From Psammoneis japonica (Eukaryota), in the NCBI GenBank assembly GCA_008632985.1, contig QPGO01000011.1, forward strand, positions 310,001 to 374,000: a DNA stretch of 64,000 bases. Reading direction: 5' to 3'. The notes below the pieces were generated by a model. It ran no database searches and was not told the DNA's origin. It saw only the letters and a program-made list of their open reading frames with translations. Of this stretch, positions 1-12,749 are shown one piece after another. Position numbers and translations under genes: made by a program. Position 1 is the stretch's first letter, and each line of letters starts with the position of its first letter.

Positions 1-1
1 A

Positions 2-850
2 AGCAAAACCCTCCAGTCGCTCGAGCTAGTTGCAGCAACCCAAAGCAATCAGGATCAGATATCTGCACGTTCCAAGAGCAAGTTGGGACGACTGGTTGCC
101 AACGACGTACACCCTTCACGCTTACAAGCCCTGGAGGAGGCCATCAATAGATCCGGAATCCCTCAATCGCTCATTTCTCGTGTCACGTACACAAACTTTG
201 ATGCATCACGCTTTCCCTATCCAAAGTCTGGAAAGCTGTTTGATGCTATTATTGCTGACGTTCCCTGTTCTGGTGATGGTACTATTCGAAAAGATGCACA
301 CATTCTGCCGAATTGGACGCCGTCGACCTCCAACGCTTTGCACAGCTTGCAGGTTCGAATTCTATCGAGAGCCTTGGAGCTAGTCAAGGTTGGAGGAGTC
401 GTTTGTTACAGCACCTGTAGTCTCAACCCGATAGAAGATGAGGCAGTTGTGGCTGCCGCCCTCAGGGAAACACAAAAGCAAAAGAAAACAGGGGATGCGA
501 AAAGGAGAACTGAAACGGAAGAATGCTCAGCGACAGAAATCATGGAATGGCCGTCAGAAATTCTGCCCGGATTGACTCGTCGGAGCGGAGTGGCTTCTTG
601 GAGGGTTGCGGACTACACTGGTGAAGAGGATATTGGAAAACGCGACGACCATGCAAATGCTGATGCACCGATGCTTCGATGGCACCGTACATATGAGGAT
701 GCTGTGGGGAGTGGCATGGTTGATGCGGAACCAACAATGTGGCCAACCGAAGCAAATGAACAGCTGCACTTAGAGCGATGTACACGCCTGTGGCCTCAAG
801 ACAATGATTCTGGTGGCTTCTTTGTTGCTCTTCTAAAAAGAAAGAACTAG
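2..850 (+). CDS. NSUN2/Trm4-like RNA cytosine-C5 methyltransferase, 3' part (5' end outside window)
   Basis: Frame is open from base 2 (SKTLQ...). NOL1/NOP2/Sun motifs DAIIADVPCSGDGT, VCYSTCSLNPIEDEAVV and RLWPQDNDSGGFFVALL. Confidence 0.9.
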   Translation, partial: SKTLQSLELVAATQSNQDQISARSKSKLGRLVANDVHPSRLQALEEAINRSGIPQSLISRVTYTNFDASRFPYPKSGKLFDAIIADVPCSGDGTIRKDAHILPNWTPSTSNALHSLQVRILSRALELVKVGGVVCYSTCSLNPIEDEAVVAAALRETQKQKKTGDAKRRTETEECSATEIMEWPSEILPGLTRRSGVASWRVADYTGEEDIGKRDDHANADAPMLRWHRTYEDAVGSGMVDAEPTMWPTEANEQLHLERCTRLWPQDNDSGGFFVALLKRKN

Positions 851-1130
851 TTTCCATGATGAGTATTATTCACCCGTCTTTCGCTTGTCAACGGTATTTG
901 ACGATTCCAAATGACTCCATTCCACACCATAGTGCAACAGATGGTGTGCCAACATAACGTTGATCACGCGTGAGGATAAGAGGAACATTGTATTAATACG
1001 TCCGGGTGTTTCATCTATGAATTATCATCTAAAATACTTCTGATTATGAAAGCAGAACCTTAACGAGCAGTAATGCCTTCATCGCCAATAGGGCCGTGGT
1101 CAGTCCTCATCGTCAGACTCAAAACGAGGC

Positions 1131-2402
1131 TCAGTCTTCATCGTCTGCCTCGTTATGCGGTGCAACATGGATAGTGAGGTGTCCGCCTCGAAAATTGTAT
1201 TGCATTCTCAAGGGAACATCACTTTTCATGTATATCTTCACCTTGGGAGCTAAGGAAGTCGAGACCCTCTGGCAACCGGACAATGCCCATCGATCAAGCC
1301 GTAGCTTCGCATATTCGTTGCATTTCATATCAAAGTTGGCTGCATGTGGTTTGAGGATATAATTGAAACGTTTCACTACCGGGTCTCGATTTTTCTCCAG
1401 GGCGAATTTCATTCCTTCTGGGGAACATGAAATATCGATATGGTTTTCAGTCGAAAAGCTATGAAATAAATCAACAATCTTGTTGAGCTCTTTGGCTTGC
1501 ATTTGAACCACGCACGGGAACTCAGTATCCGGGATAGTTAGATTGTTCGCGATGTCGTCAAGCACTTCGTCAAGCTTGACCTCATAGGGTTCCGGGGAGT
1601 CATCAGTTCTGTGACCGTTCTCTTGATCAAATTCAATTCTTAGAGTAGAGTTGGACAATACCTTCATCAAAAGAACACCATCTTTCTTTCTGACCTTCAC
1701 CAGTCCTCCATAAAGAGACCTTGCGTTTACATTGAACGAAAATTTCTCCCGACACTCATAGCTAGAAAAGAACAATCGTGTAAGCTTCAGAACAACTAGA
1801 TACTTCTGGTCGCAGCCCATGATCCGTACATCGATCTTATCGCAGTCGCAATGAAAGTTTACATTGTCACCAAGGCATTTCAGAGCTTGGACTACCCACT
1901 TGAGCCTCCTTCCATCCAACACTGAAGCAACTAACAAGCAAGGTTGGGACTCAAAATGGATTCGCTGCCTTTCACTTTTCCAATACTCTGACGCGTCAGA
2001 TGCCATGCAATGCTTTTCCCAGTCCGTACAATCAGCGACAGGAGTATCACAAGCATAGCAGTAGCAGAGATCACAGGCTTTGATATTCTCTGACGGCCCA
2101 CCCTCCTCATCTCCGTCAATAACAATTAGCTCCTGGCAAAAGCGATGAACCGGACAGTGACATCGAATGTGGGGAAGCGGTTGAGCATTAGCTGTTCCGA
2201 CAAACTCGACATCAGCCTCTTCGACGGCATCCTTTTCGTGTGGGGCAGCTGGATTGTCTACGTCAGATTTCGCTCCGTTTGGGACAACCTCCATCACAAC
2301 AACATCGTCCTCGTCGCCGTCGTCATTCTCGCTATCGATTCTTAACCTTTTAGCTGTTCTCGGCTCTCCCGAAGAAGCCTTATTGTGCACTAAATCTGCC
2401 AT
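1131..2402 (-). CDS. Divergent PCNA-like sliding clamp domain fused to an N-terminal acidic and Cys/His-rich (putative Zn-binding) region
   Basis: C-terminal ~260 aa follow the PCNA pattern (LKWVVQALKCL..VNFHC..., LVVLKL...FSSYEC, IPDTEFPCVVQM, VKIYMKSDVPLRMQY...GHLTIHVAP). N-terminal LPHIRCHCPVH...CDLCYCYACDTP..DC..W..HC. Confidence 0.7.
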   Translation of the reverse strand: MADLVHNKASSGEPRTAKRLRIDSENDDGDEDDVVVMEVVPNGAKSDVDNPAAPHEKDAVEEADVEFVGTANAQPLPHIRCHCPVHRFCQELIVIDGDEEGGPSENIKACDLCYCYACDTPVADCTDWEKHCMASDASEYWKSERQRIHFESQPCLLVASVLDGRRLKWVVQALKCLGDNVNFHCDCDKIDVRIMGCDQKYLVVLKLTRLFFSSYECREKFSFNVNARSLYGGLVKVRKKDGVLLMKVLSNSTLRIEFDQENGHRTDDSPEPYEVKLDEVLDDIANNLTIPDTEFPCVVQMQAKELNKIVDLFHSFSTENHIDISCSPEGMKFALEKNRDPVVKRFNYILKPHAANFDMKCNEYAKLRLDRWALSGCQRVSTSLAPKVKIYMKSDVPLRMQYNFRGGHLTIHVAPHNEADDED

Positions 2403-2860
2403 CGCTCCTTTCGTTTCTTACTTCCCTTTTGCTGTCCTATTAGAGTTTCAACAGAGACAAAAATGCCAGGCTGCATAGCATCGCACGTCATCATCGTCAC
2501 CATTGCGCACTCACGGTCGCGATCGTCGCAATGGTAAGCACCGCCGAAACTATCGGTGCCGGTACAGACACGATGACAGGATGGACACAATACGAGGACC
2601 AAGCTACGACTCTATTTTGGCAAGCCTTGATGACCAAGCGCAAGGCAGGCAGGAGAACAGGCAGCAAATTCAAAATACCTCGGCAAGATACAGACTGTAA
2701 CAATTCTGGTACCACAAGTAGCCCGCAGACGGCTCCCACCAAGCTACGACAAGACTTCTATCGACGCTCTCGCACGGAATGCCTTGACTACCACGGTAGA
2801 GTGAGTACCATTTACAATGAAACCTTAAAATCCTATAAATGACAAAGTACAACTAATCGA

Positions 2861-5800
2861 TCAATTTTTTGTCTTGTCCTGCTGGGATCCTTCTACCATG
2901 GAAATCAATTCCTCGCAAACGCTCTTCATCTCGTCTAGTTCTTTGGTGAGCCGTTCCTTCTCCGCAACTACAGTAGCAAGACTCATATGAGCCGTGCTGC
3001 AGTTTGAAGTCGCTTCTTCCAGTTTCATGCGCATTTCGCTTTCGGAAGACTTTAGTGACTCGATTTCTCTACGATGTGACTGGGCCTTTCGAGCAATGTT
3101 GGCTTCGCATGCTGCAAGCGACGCCTTGAGCTGCGCCAGTTCTGCAGATGCTTCTGCCTCCTTCGTGGCTTGCTCTTTTCGACACGTGTCGGCTTCTTTC
3201 TTAGCAGCGGTGATGTCGCGCTCCAATTTTGATATTCGTTTTTTCGACGACTCATACTCGTGTTTAAGATTCAGATACGTCTCGTTGGCTCGTCCAAACT
3301 GTTCTTCTGCGGCGGCAATCATTTCTTCTTTAACCTTCTCGCATGCTATGTGGCGTTCCTTCCGTTCCAATTCCATGGCTTTCTTGTGCTCTACACACAA
3401 GCGCTCAATCTTTCGTTCTGCCTCTTTAACAGCTTGGCGAGCACTTGCTGCATCCTCCTGTGCCTCTTTTACCACTGCAAGTTGCTTGCTAAGCTCAGTA
3501 TCTAAAGATTTCACTGTTGCGTTGGCCTCTGCTAGCTGGCTACCTAATGCGGCGATAATTGCCTCCTTTTCGCTTACAACTTTTTCCTTCTCTTGGGAAC
3601 GTTGGTTGTGTTCGACCTCGATCAGATCTAGCTGTTTAAGCATATCGTCAATTTCGGACGCGTGTCCATCTCGTATCTTTTTCAATTCGCTTTCATACTT
3701 CTTGCGGTCGCTTTCACTTTTCGTCTTGTATTCTTCAAGTTCCGCCTGAAGCTGTTTCTCTTTCTCGTCGGATGTCATGGTCTCCATTTCTTGTCTCTGC
3801 TTCTCGAGTTCCTCTTTCATACTTTGTGTCTCTTGCTTCCATCGGCTGATATCGTTTTCATGGATCTCTTTTGCTTTCTGCATCTCTTGATGATGGGTCT
3901 CGCGAATGCTCTTTAGTTCTTTTTCAAAATCTCGTGAGCGAGCCTCGTTGTCACTAGCATCGCGTTTGGTCCGCTCGAGACATGCCTCAAGCTCATTCTG
4001 CGTTTTGAGATACTGCTCCTTTTGCACTTCCAATTCCTTGGTATGTTGACCCCTTTGCTCCTCGAGAGCTACCTGAAGATCAGCCTGGTGCTGCCGGTCA
4101 CTCGCCATCGCCTCGCTTTCAAATTCCAACTTTTGTTTCAGCAACTTCTCGTTCATTTCTTTTCGAAGTGCCTCCATCTCTTCTTTCTGCGCTTGAATCT
4201 CCGTAGCTTTTTCATTGATGGTTTGTTTTGCACTTTGTATGATACTGTCATGGCCCGACTGGTTTGTCAGCAACTCCGCCCGAGCCCAGTCTAGTTCTTG
4301 TTCAAGATGTCGAATGGTCTCTACCTGCTCGTCGATCGCCGCCTGCTTTTTACACTCAACTGCAGCTAGACAAGCTTGGTGATCTTGTTCCGTTTCCTTC
4401 TTTTGTGATTCTAAAGCTTGTTGATTCTCTTCTTCAATTCTCTTGAGTTTATCCTCTTGGGCTTTCAGCTCCTCTCCATGCTTCTGCAGAATCGATTGGA
4501 CCTTGTTCTCATACTCCTCCTTATCATAGTCTGCCTTTGATTCGACTGAGGCTATCCTACTCAGCAACTCCGACCGAGCCCACTCTAGTTCTTGTTCAAG
4601 ATGCCGAGCAGTATCCTTCTGCTTGTCTATCTCGACCTGCTTCACACGTTCAATTGCGGCTAGAGAAGCTTGATTGTCTTGTTCCATCTCCTGCTTTTGA
4701 TATTCTAACGCCTGCTTATGCTGTTCTTCAATGCTCTTGAGTTGATCCTCTCGGGCCTTCAGCTCCTCCTCATGCTTCTGCGACAATATCTTGATCTTGT
4801 TCTTGTACTCCTCCTTATCCTGATCGGCCTTGGATTCGATTGAAGATATCCTGTCCATCAATTCTCGACACTGTTTCATCGATTCCTCTCTCTGGAGTGA
4901 CGCTTCCTCTTCCTTGGCGCACTCGCTCTTCCTGCGTTCTTCTTCCAGTCGTTGATCCAGATCAGCCTTAAGCCGTTCAATTTCTTCCTCGTGCTCCGAC
5001 ATCCACTGTGATCCGTGTTCGATAAGTTGGTTTTCGGCCTCCTTTTCCAGCTGCTGAACAGTCTCTTTCCGCGCCGCCTCAACGTCTTGCTTTGCTTTGA
5101 GTTGCCACTGCCGTTCTGCTTCTTCGACTGCGTCAGCGACTCGAGCCTGAAGTTCCGCAAGCGTAAAGGTTTTCGTTCCCGAACCTTTGCTATCTGCGGT
5201 AGACACAATACCCTCTTGGTGAACCTTCCCAAAGTGATCACTCGGAGACAAAATCTCGGTAACATTATCGTGCTCTTTTGTCGCCGATTCAGCTTGAAAC
5301 AAGAGCTGTTTCTTGAACTCGTCTGGCAAAAAGGCGTAATCCTCGTCTTTCATTAGCTTTTCATCCATGGGAGTTTCAGGGGGAGCACCTTGATTTGTCA
5401 CAGGCGTTTTCTCCAAGCGATGATCATCCCGCGATTCGTGTGAAAGGATAACTGGCGTTGAAACTTGTTCCGTTGACGGCTGGGTATCTTTGCTCTCTGT
5501 ATGATGGTCATCTCTTTTGTCGGCATCACCTTGTTGCAAATGATCTGTCGAGTCCTTTTCGTCGCAAGAAGTTGACACGGGGCAACAGAAAGACACAGTA
5601 CTCTTTACGTTCATGGCCTGTTCTTTAGAGGGCGTGTTCGCATCTCTGCTTTCGTCAAGAGGAATGTCATCAGGGTTCGGTCGGTTGTTCTCCTGGTCTG
5701 CCTTCGCGTTGCCTCCCGGTGACGCAAAGAGACTGTTTCCTTTCATTCCTCCCTCCGGTGTTTCAATCTCAGCTTCTCCTCCAAAGGGACAAAACAATTC

Positions 5801-5950
5801 TCCTTGATCAAAAAGACTTCCAATCTGCTGGAGAATGCCGGGAGATTTTACATTTTCCGCTAACGACGAAGAAATAGGCTGTTGAATGAGAGACGACGAG
5901 GGCGTAAGTACCCCGTTCACTTCTCCACCCGTGTCTTCCGAGCAGACCAT
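2861..5950 (-). CDS. Large coiled-coil protein with a TACC-like C-terminus and an internal 98-aa duplication
   Basis: ~1030-aa E/K/Q-rich ORF. C-terminal LTKELDEMKSVCEELISMVE resembles the end of the TACC domain. 294-bp internal repeat (tcagcaactccg at ~4267 and ~4561). Confidence 0.7.
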   Translation of the reverse strand: MVCSEDTGGEVNGVLTPSSSLIQQPISSSLAENVKSPGILQQIGSLFDQGELFCPFGGEAEIETPEGGMKGNSLFASPGGNAKADQENNRPNPDDIPLDESRDANTPSKEQAMNVKSTVSFCCPVSTSCDEKDSTDHLQQGDADKRDDHHTESKDTQPSTEQVSTPVILSHESRDDHRLEKTPVTNQGAPPETPMDEKLMKDEDYAFLPDEFKKQLLFQAESATKEHDNVTEILSPSDHFGKVHQEGIVSTADSKGSGTKTFTLAELQARVADAVEEAERQWQLKAKQDVEAARKETVQQLEKEAENQLIEHGSQWMSEHEEEIERLKADLDQRLEEERRKSECAKEEEASLQREESMKQCRELMDRISSIESKADQDKEEYKNKIKILSQKHEEELKAREDQLKSIEEQHKQALEYQKQEMEQDNQASLAAIERVKQVEIDKQKDTARHLEQELEWARSELLSRIASVESKADYDKEEYENKVQSILQKHGEELKAQEDKLKRIEEENQQALESQKKETEQDHQACLAAVECKKQAAIDEQVETIRHLEQELDWARAELLTNQSGHDSIIQSAKQTINEKATEIQAQKEEMEALRKEMNEKLLKQKLEFESEAMASDRQHQADLQVALEEQRGQHTKELEVQKEQYLKTQNELEACLERTKRDASDNEARSRDFEKELKSIRETHHQEMQKAKEIHENDISRWKQETQSMKEELEKQRQEMETMTSDEKEKQLQAELEEYKTKSESDRKKYESELKKIRDGHASEIDDMLKQLDLIEVEHNQRSQEKEKVVSEKEAIIAALGSQLAEANATVKSLDTELSKQLAVVKEAQEDAASARQAVKEAERKIERLCVEHKKAMELERKERHIACEKVKEEMIAAAEEQFGRANETYLNLKHEYESSKKRISKLERDITAAKKEADTCRKEQATKEAEASAELAQLKASLAACEANIARKAQSHRREIESLKSSESEMRMKLEEATSNCSTAHMSLATVVAEKERLTKELDEMKSVCEELISMVEGSQQDKTKN

Positions 5951-6767
5951 TTGATTCCCGGTAACTAAAGCTGTGGGAGAAGAATAGCGATAGCGCAATC
6001 CTGTTATTATAGCGGACAACAACAGTCGAATGAACAAGTCTTTGTCGTGCCGATTTTGTGAGTCCGCGCAACGCAAAAGGCAACGAATTTGCAGATACGT
6101 CATTTGAGAACTCCAAAGTATATATGCGTTGATTATACATGTAAAAGATGTCTTAACGGAAAAATTGATAATAACATTTCCTCAACATTGAATAATAAAG
6201 CAGCGCAGCTGTTGAATTCATTTCGCAGGGCGGACGGACGATTGTCGCGCAGAAACAGCGCAGCAAAAATTCCAAAATCGGCGAATACCAACACCATGGC
6301 AACCAATATAAAGACGGCAATCCAACATACCGCGGTATGGTTTCTTCCCGATCGACATGGCCATTGCGATGATGAACTCTCCCCGTCTCATGATGCTTTG
6401 CTTCTATCTACAGGATTCCTTGTCTCCCTTCCATCTTTCTGACTGCACCGAAAAAAGGAATTATGGAAGCCTTGCGCCATACTTCCACCTTCCACATCCA
6501 GCTATCAGATACCTCGTGATGCTGCTACGTGCTTTAGCATCAGGTTTCGTGGATAATTCCTTGTTTTTACTGCCTCAAATTCTTCGAATATCTACTAGAG
6601 GATGGAGTCTCAATGCGTTGGTTCGAGAATCGTGTTGAGTTGGTGCTATTTTACTTCCTATCAGCATCACAATACAGGCAACCGAAAAGAGTTGCCAACA
6701 AAAATATTGTGCGCCATCCCTGATTCATTCGCTGTTAGAGGTTAGCGAATAAATCAGCTCTTCTTTC

Positions 6768-9330
6768 CTAGTCTACAGTCACAGCCTTTGCGAGATTTCG
6801 AGGTGTGTCGGGATTGATTCCTCTATTGACCGATCCAAAAGGCAGGGCACACAAGTCATAAGAGATCTCACTAAACAACAATAACAGAACAGTATCGTTG
6901 TCGATTCAAAGGACACTTACCGGAGCATAGCAAGCTCATAGGCTATCAGCTGCAATGGCAAGACCGCTCCCAATGCAGTCATTGGGCCATTACGAGGAAT
7001 AACAATTGGGTTGTCATCGAGACCTTCAGCAAGAGACAGCTTATCCGTGATGACTGTAAGATCAGCACCTCGGGCCTTCACCTGAACAAAAGCACAGAGA
7101 TCGTCTTTATTGAGAACGGAACGGAACTATGATTTGGATCGACGACCAAGTCGATAGCCTACATAACAGCAACTTACCTCTTCAGCAGCAGTCCGCATGT
7201 GCTGGGCGTGCTGGTCATCGAGTATTAGCATGATAATGGGAGTCGCACCCTGCTTTCCGTTCTGATCATTCTCAATAAGAGCGAACGGTCCATGTTTCAG
7301 TGCGCCTCCAGAGTATCCTTCGGCGTGGAGGTAGCACATTTCCTTGATCTTGAGGGCACCCTCATGGGCGACGGACTCGGCAAAGCCTGTTGCGACAAGG
7401 CGAAACAATATATGAGATGACAACATCATTGCAAACACGAGAAGCGTCGGATTCCAGTTTCAATATCTCACCTTTGCCTAGAACAAAGCAATGCTCCTTG
7501 TTCTTGAGCTTCTTGGCTACCTCTCGGCATTGATCGCGGGATTGCATAGCCATGCCAAACGTAATCGGGAGTCGCATGAGGGCTTCCTTCAGCCGCGTTG
7601 TTTCGACTGAAGGGCTCAACCCCTCCATTTTTTCTCGAGCTTGACGAAACCAAAGTGCGATGAGAGCGAGGACGGTCACTTGAGTAGTGAAAGCCTTCGT
7701 TGACGCTACGGCGTTTTCTCTTCCGGCATTGCAGTAAACTCCGAGTTTGGTAGTTCGGGCAATGAGACTGCCAACAGAGTTCACCACACTCATCACTGTC
7801 TCTCCCTTATCCATAGCTGTCGTTACTACGCGGTGGACATCCTTAGTCTCTCCGCTTTGAGAAATGACGAGAACCCCCGTCTCGTCTGGGCGCTTTGCAC
7901 AAGGGAAGTCTTCAGGACCTGTTTCAGCCGCGTCGATAGAGACGACACTCTCAAAAGAGCCCAAATGCTTCATCAGGCGTTCCCCATACCTTGCCGCATG
8001 TAAACTCGTCCCGCAGGCGCTGAGAGTCAAGAGCTTAATCTTGGATAGTTTGTCGAAACTCTTCTCGAGACCACCCAACACAACCTCGTCGGGAGACAGG
8101 CGTCCGCCGAAACCAAGAGCACGGGCCATTGCCTGAGGTTGCTCGGATAACCTGAGGAAAGGGAATCGTATCGGTGAGTCCAAATATGAATACAAACGCA
8201 TTGAAATCAAGTGCTGCTCTCTCACTCGTCCTTACTCTTTGAGTGTCCAGTGTGGATAAGGTTCAGGCGACAGTTCCACCCCATGGTCTGGAGCGTGTTC
8301 CATTCGCGTTAAATCAAGGGTTCTCCCATCAGAATACAAGACTGCGATCTCCCCATCCTTGAGGCTTATAAAGTTCTTTGTGTAGCGGTTGAACGCCGAG
8401 GTTTCACTTGCAACATAGGTACGATCATCAGCGACGCCGAGAACCATAGGAGAGCCGTGGCTAGCAACAACAAGCTGATCGGGAGTGTCTGCACACAAGA
8501 CAGCTAGACCCCAAGTACCGTCGCACCTCATTAATGCTTTCTCTGTAGCGTCCTTAACAGAAGAGCCGTCTTCGTCTCGGTAGTGGCCAATGAGCTTTGC
8601 GATGACTTCTGAATCCGTTTGTGACGAGAAGACATGACCCCAATCCTCGAGTTCCTTTCTGAGCTCGTTAGCGTTGTTGAGTGTCCCATTGTGTACGAGA
8701 GCGATTCTGCCCGAGGAGTCGAGATGCGGATGGGCATTTTCGTCTGTTTTGCCCCCATGAGTTGCCCACCGAGTATGCGCAATGCCAATGGAGTGTCCGA
8801 CAGATCCGACACTTTTGGAGGACACCAAGTCAATACCATCCGCCTTATCGCCGTCGCTGGCAAACTTTGTCACAACCATGTGCCCTCCTCTTGATGGGAC
8901 TGTTGCTAAACCGGCACTATCATACCCACGGCTTTTCAATATTGTCAATCCTTCCATAAGGTATTGCCTGAATGCGAGAAGAGGCGTGATCAAACGGCAT
9001 GTTAGGAGGTATGTTTGGCTCCATCTGACGACGGCCCTGAACAACATTACAAACTCACCTGGCATCGCGTTTCTCGTTCTCTCCTCCTACAACACCTGCA
9101 ATACCGCAGCATTCAGTCTTTTGGTGGCGGTCTTGTGAGCACGCCAAAGTGGCAGCGAGTGCCGCCGCTCCGGCCAACGCAACCCGACTATCCTCGCTAT
9201 TACATTGGGTAGTTGTAGCTGCTGAATTGATCTGGCAAGATGACAGCGCTCTCGTTATCAAGGAGGAGGATAGTGGCCGGCGTCTGGACAAGGCTCCTCG
9301 CTTCAGAGCTGTTGCAAAAGCTTTCCTCAT
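6768..9330 (-). CDS. GFAT: Glutamine--fructose-6-phosphate aminotransferase (GFAT), multi-exon, with an N-terminal presequence
   Basis: [68 protein letters not shown] and terminal [15 protein letters not shown]. About 5 GT-AG introns. Confidence 0.95.
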
Positions 9331-10311
9331 CTTTCGTTCGCGTTTTGAAATTTTATGAGACGCAGATGAGCACGGCAAAAAATGAATTTTGTGACCTTAT
9401 GCGTGCTGGACATGGGACCGATATTTTGACGTTATTTAGTATGACTCAAATTGTGCTTCGTGACTGAAAGACGAACCAGTAACGTCTCGAGAGTTGATAG
9501 TAAAGTCAATGCAAAACATGTGATCCGTTAAAAATCGGTTATATATCGGCAACTCACACGTGCATGCCAGAAAACACGACCTGACTTCACACGCGAAAAA
9601 TTTGCCACTGTCGGAAATTGATCAACGAATGAAAACCAAGTCGTGGGTTCGAGGGCGTGTACAGTACATACAGTAGGGCCTACACCCTATGTGATGGTGA
9701 TTCGTGCTGGATGCGCTGGCATGGTGCGTACGGCGACATGTAGGTCGTGGCACAACCAAGCCAACACAGCACTTACGCAATACAGTGGGTAGAGAGAGCG
9801 CTCTAGCACCCGGTTTTCTCTGTCCCGTCTGCGGTACTCCAGCGTTGAGTTGTTAACTTTTCAATACTTACTAGAGTAGAGAGTGACGAGCGCTCAGAAT
9901 AAAAGAATAGTTGCAAAGAGAATGTTGTTCTCAAAGCATTCGCACTTGTCAGACTGGCAGACCTTCGTGGTTGGTCTTATTATAAAACACTTTTTGGCAG
10001 TGCTACAAAAGGCGAAAAATTGGCATCAAATTGACTTACTGTTTGTGTGCCAAGAAACATACAAATCACAAGTCAAATACAGAAACAGCATGGAGGAGTA
10101 CTGCACCGGTAACCTTGTGTAAAAATTTTTGATTTGCTTTTTCTCCCTCCAACGACAGACCTTCGTACGTTTGCTTCCACGCGCATCGTCAACTCGCATG
10201 CGATCGACGTGCACCTTCGAAATTCCAGACGTCAATGCTATCAACCGCTACCTTCTCCATTCTGTTGTGTCAACACAAAACATCACCGCCGTTGTTGCAG
10301 GCACAGTCGCG

Positions 10312-12635
10312 ATGGCGGGTGCTTCAGCAAAGATGGGAAGCACTGGTTTCTCTTCACCCTCCTCAATACTAGACGGTATTCCTCTCTGGGACATGGATGG
10401 TCCGCAGATGTCCGCTTGGATCCGTTCTGTCCATGCACTCTTTCCCAAAGCAGGTGAGTGTATGCGTGGTTGCACTTGCTACCTCGCTGTGGAGAAATCA
10501 AGTACGCACGCTAAGGCCTCGTATGTTCCCCTTTAGTATCTGCTATGCATCTTGCCGAGAAGGGTGATGCGGAACAGCATGCACGAAAACACACGATTGC
10601 AACTCAGCTTCTGAAGAACATTTCTGGTGCAATCTCGACCCTCCTGAAGCCATCCGCTTCCTCGTCTCGATCCGAATCAACTCCTCCCACTAAACGAATC
10701 AAGACGGAGCAACCCGCACCAGAAGCGAATAATGATGTTTACAGTATCTGGTTTATGGAAAAGGAAGATATTCCCAATAAGGATGGAGCAGTCTTGGCTC
10801 AGCTTTCAATCGCGTCACTCGTAAATGCCTTGGGAGGCCACGTTGGAGGACTTGTGGATTCGAAAAACAAGCCCAAAGACGATACCATCAAGGCAGACTT
10901 GGTCCTACCAACTGCAGAAAACATTACCTTTAGCCAGCTCCAGAACTACGCACTCGCGTTGAAACATACAATTGCCACCCGTGCCGAACGAGATGTCCTG
11001 ACCACGACTCCACTCCGAATTCAACAAATGCTTTGTCCCGAAACGGAACCACATGAATTCCGGGCCATTCGAAAGCGTGTCTATGATACTGTGGTGCTTG
11101 GCAAGGGCCTCAACACTACGGTAGACGAAGCGGAAGCCAACGTTCCAGTAGCGACCAAGGCTGTCTTGCACGATGCCGAAAAGTTCAAAAAGTGCAAGGT
11201 TTGCGAGAACAACGACCAATCCCTCTTTGTGTTGGATCGGAAGAATGGAGACGTCATCTGCACGCGGTGTGGTACGGTAGCCATGGGATCGCTTATGCAC
11301 GAGGGTAGCATGTACCGCAAGTTTGAGGGAGAAGAAGATCGGAATCATCATGGAGATGCCGCGAATCCACTCTACAGCAATGCGCACAACATGAGCACAA
11401 CGTTGGGTGGAATGAACATTACATCGTCGGCAGGTAATGGATGGGGCACACAGTCGAGGGGATTGGAAAACATTTTGAGAAATGCCCACGCCTACACGGA
11501 AATGAACATTTCTCAGTTTGGTGAGAAAGACCGTCGAACACGTGTAGGCTACAAGGATCGACAGAAACGAGATGCCTTTATTCAAATGTCACATGTCGGT
11601 GACGCTCTGAATCTTCATGAGGCTGTGGTACAACGTGCCAAGGAGCTGTTTGCGGGATTTCGTGACGACCGTGAACTAGTCCAACAGTTCAAAGGCGTTG
11701 TGGCCGCTTGCCTCTGCGAAGCGTTCGAACAGCTCAGTCGGGACGGAAAGCAGATATTGAAATCGATTGAAAAGGAAGAGGAGGCCGCCGTTACTACTGT
11801 GGATGGCGAAGGCTCTTCACAGCAAGTTTTGCATAACAGCCGGGCAACTCGGCGTAATGACTTGCATTCTGCAAATCTCGCAGGAAAGGGTGGGCTGCTA
11901 CTAGATTTCTCTGGTGTCCAGAAGGAAAAGAAGAAGGGTGACCCAAGCGCAACTAATAGTCAAAAGGGTGGTTCTCCCGTGCCACCAGAGCATGCCTCGG
12001 AGCTCAAGCCTGCGCCAACTTGGGATTTGGACGATTGTCGCTCATGGTTGTTGGACGCCTGCAAATCCATTGCGAAGCAGTGGAGCGAGGATCGCAGGAA
12101 CCCTGACGAATCCAAGTCCAAAAATATACCGGAAGGCTCACCGGATGAACTAGAAGGTATGCTTGTAGAGCACGCTTTGACGTTGTGTGATCAGTTGGAA
12201 GCGGAACTGAAATCCAAAAACAACGGTAACAGCTCCAATGGTGCTGGAGCTGCCCATGGCAAGAAGGTGGTCACTCCGCGACTAGATAATTTAGGGACGC
12301 TCAGTATACGATGGCAACATGCTCACGAACGCGGTTCAGGTGGCAAAGGTGGGGTCGGCAATAGTGGACGCACGACCTTGGGGACCAAACCGGGAGAACG
12401 CCAGGGAAAGCAAAGAACCGCTGGACAGGTGCTAATTTTGAAGACATCGAAAAAGTTGGGAGCGATGCTAAAGGATCCCTTCATAGGCGAGGCCTTCCAT
12501 CGCGAGCTCCGTGCTTTGGTGGGTAGGCAAGAAGCAAGGAAAAAGAAAGATATGCGCGACGAAGCAGCTCGGCAGCGATTCCAACAAATGAAGAGGAAGC
12601 CGTGGCTTCAGGCACGAGCTCAAGCTACTGATTAG
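10312..12635 (+). CDS. TFIIB-related protein (Zn ribbon plus cyclin fold) with long extensions; intron ~10454-10536; start uncertain
   Basis: CKVC...DRKNGDVICTRCGTV Zn ribbon, then HVGDALNLHEAVVQRAKELF...GVVAACL cyclin-like repeat. Confidence 0.75.
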
Positions 12636-12749
12636 AAATTACATCGTGAATTGCTGGGGTGCATAATACGTTTTAAGGGCCTATGGCATTGATTTTTACA
12701 TAGAATGAGTGTACCATGTACACTACTGCGCTTGCCTAAGTGTTACACA

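Noticed and set aside
2994..3749. 251-aa antisense ORF
   Set aside because: Shadow of the coiled-coil gene on the opposite strand.
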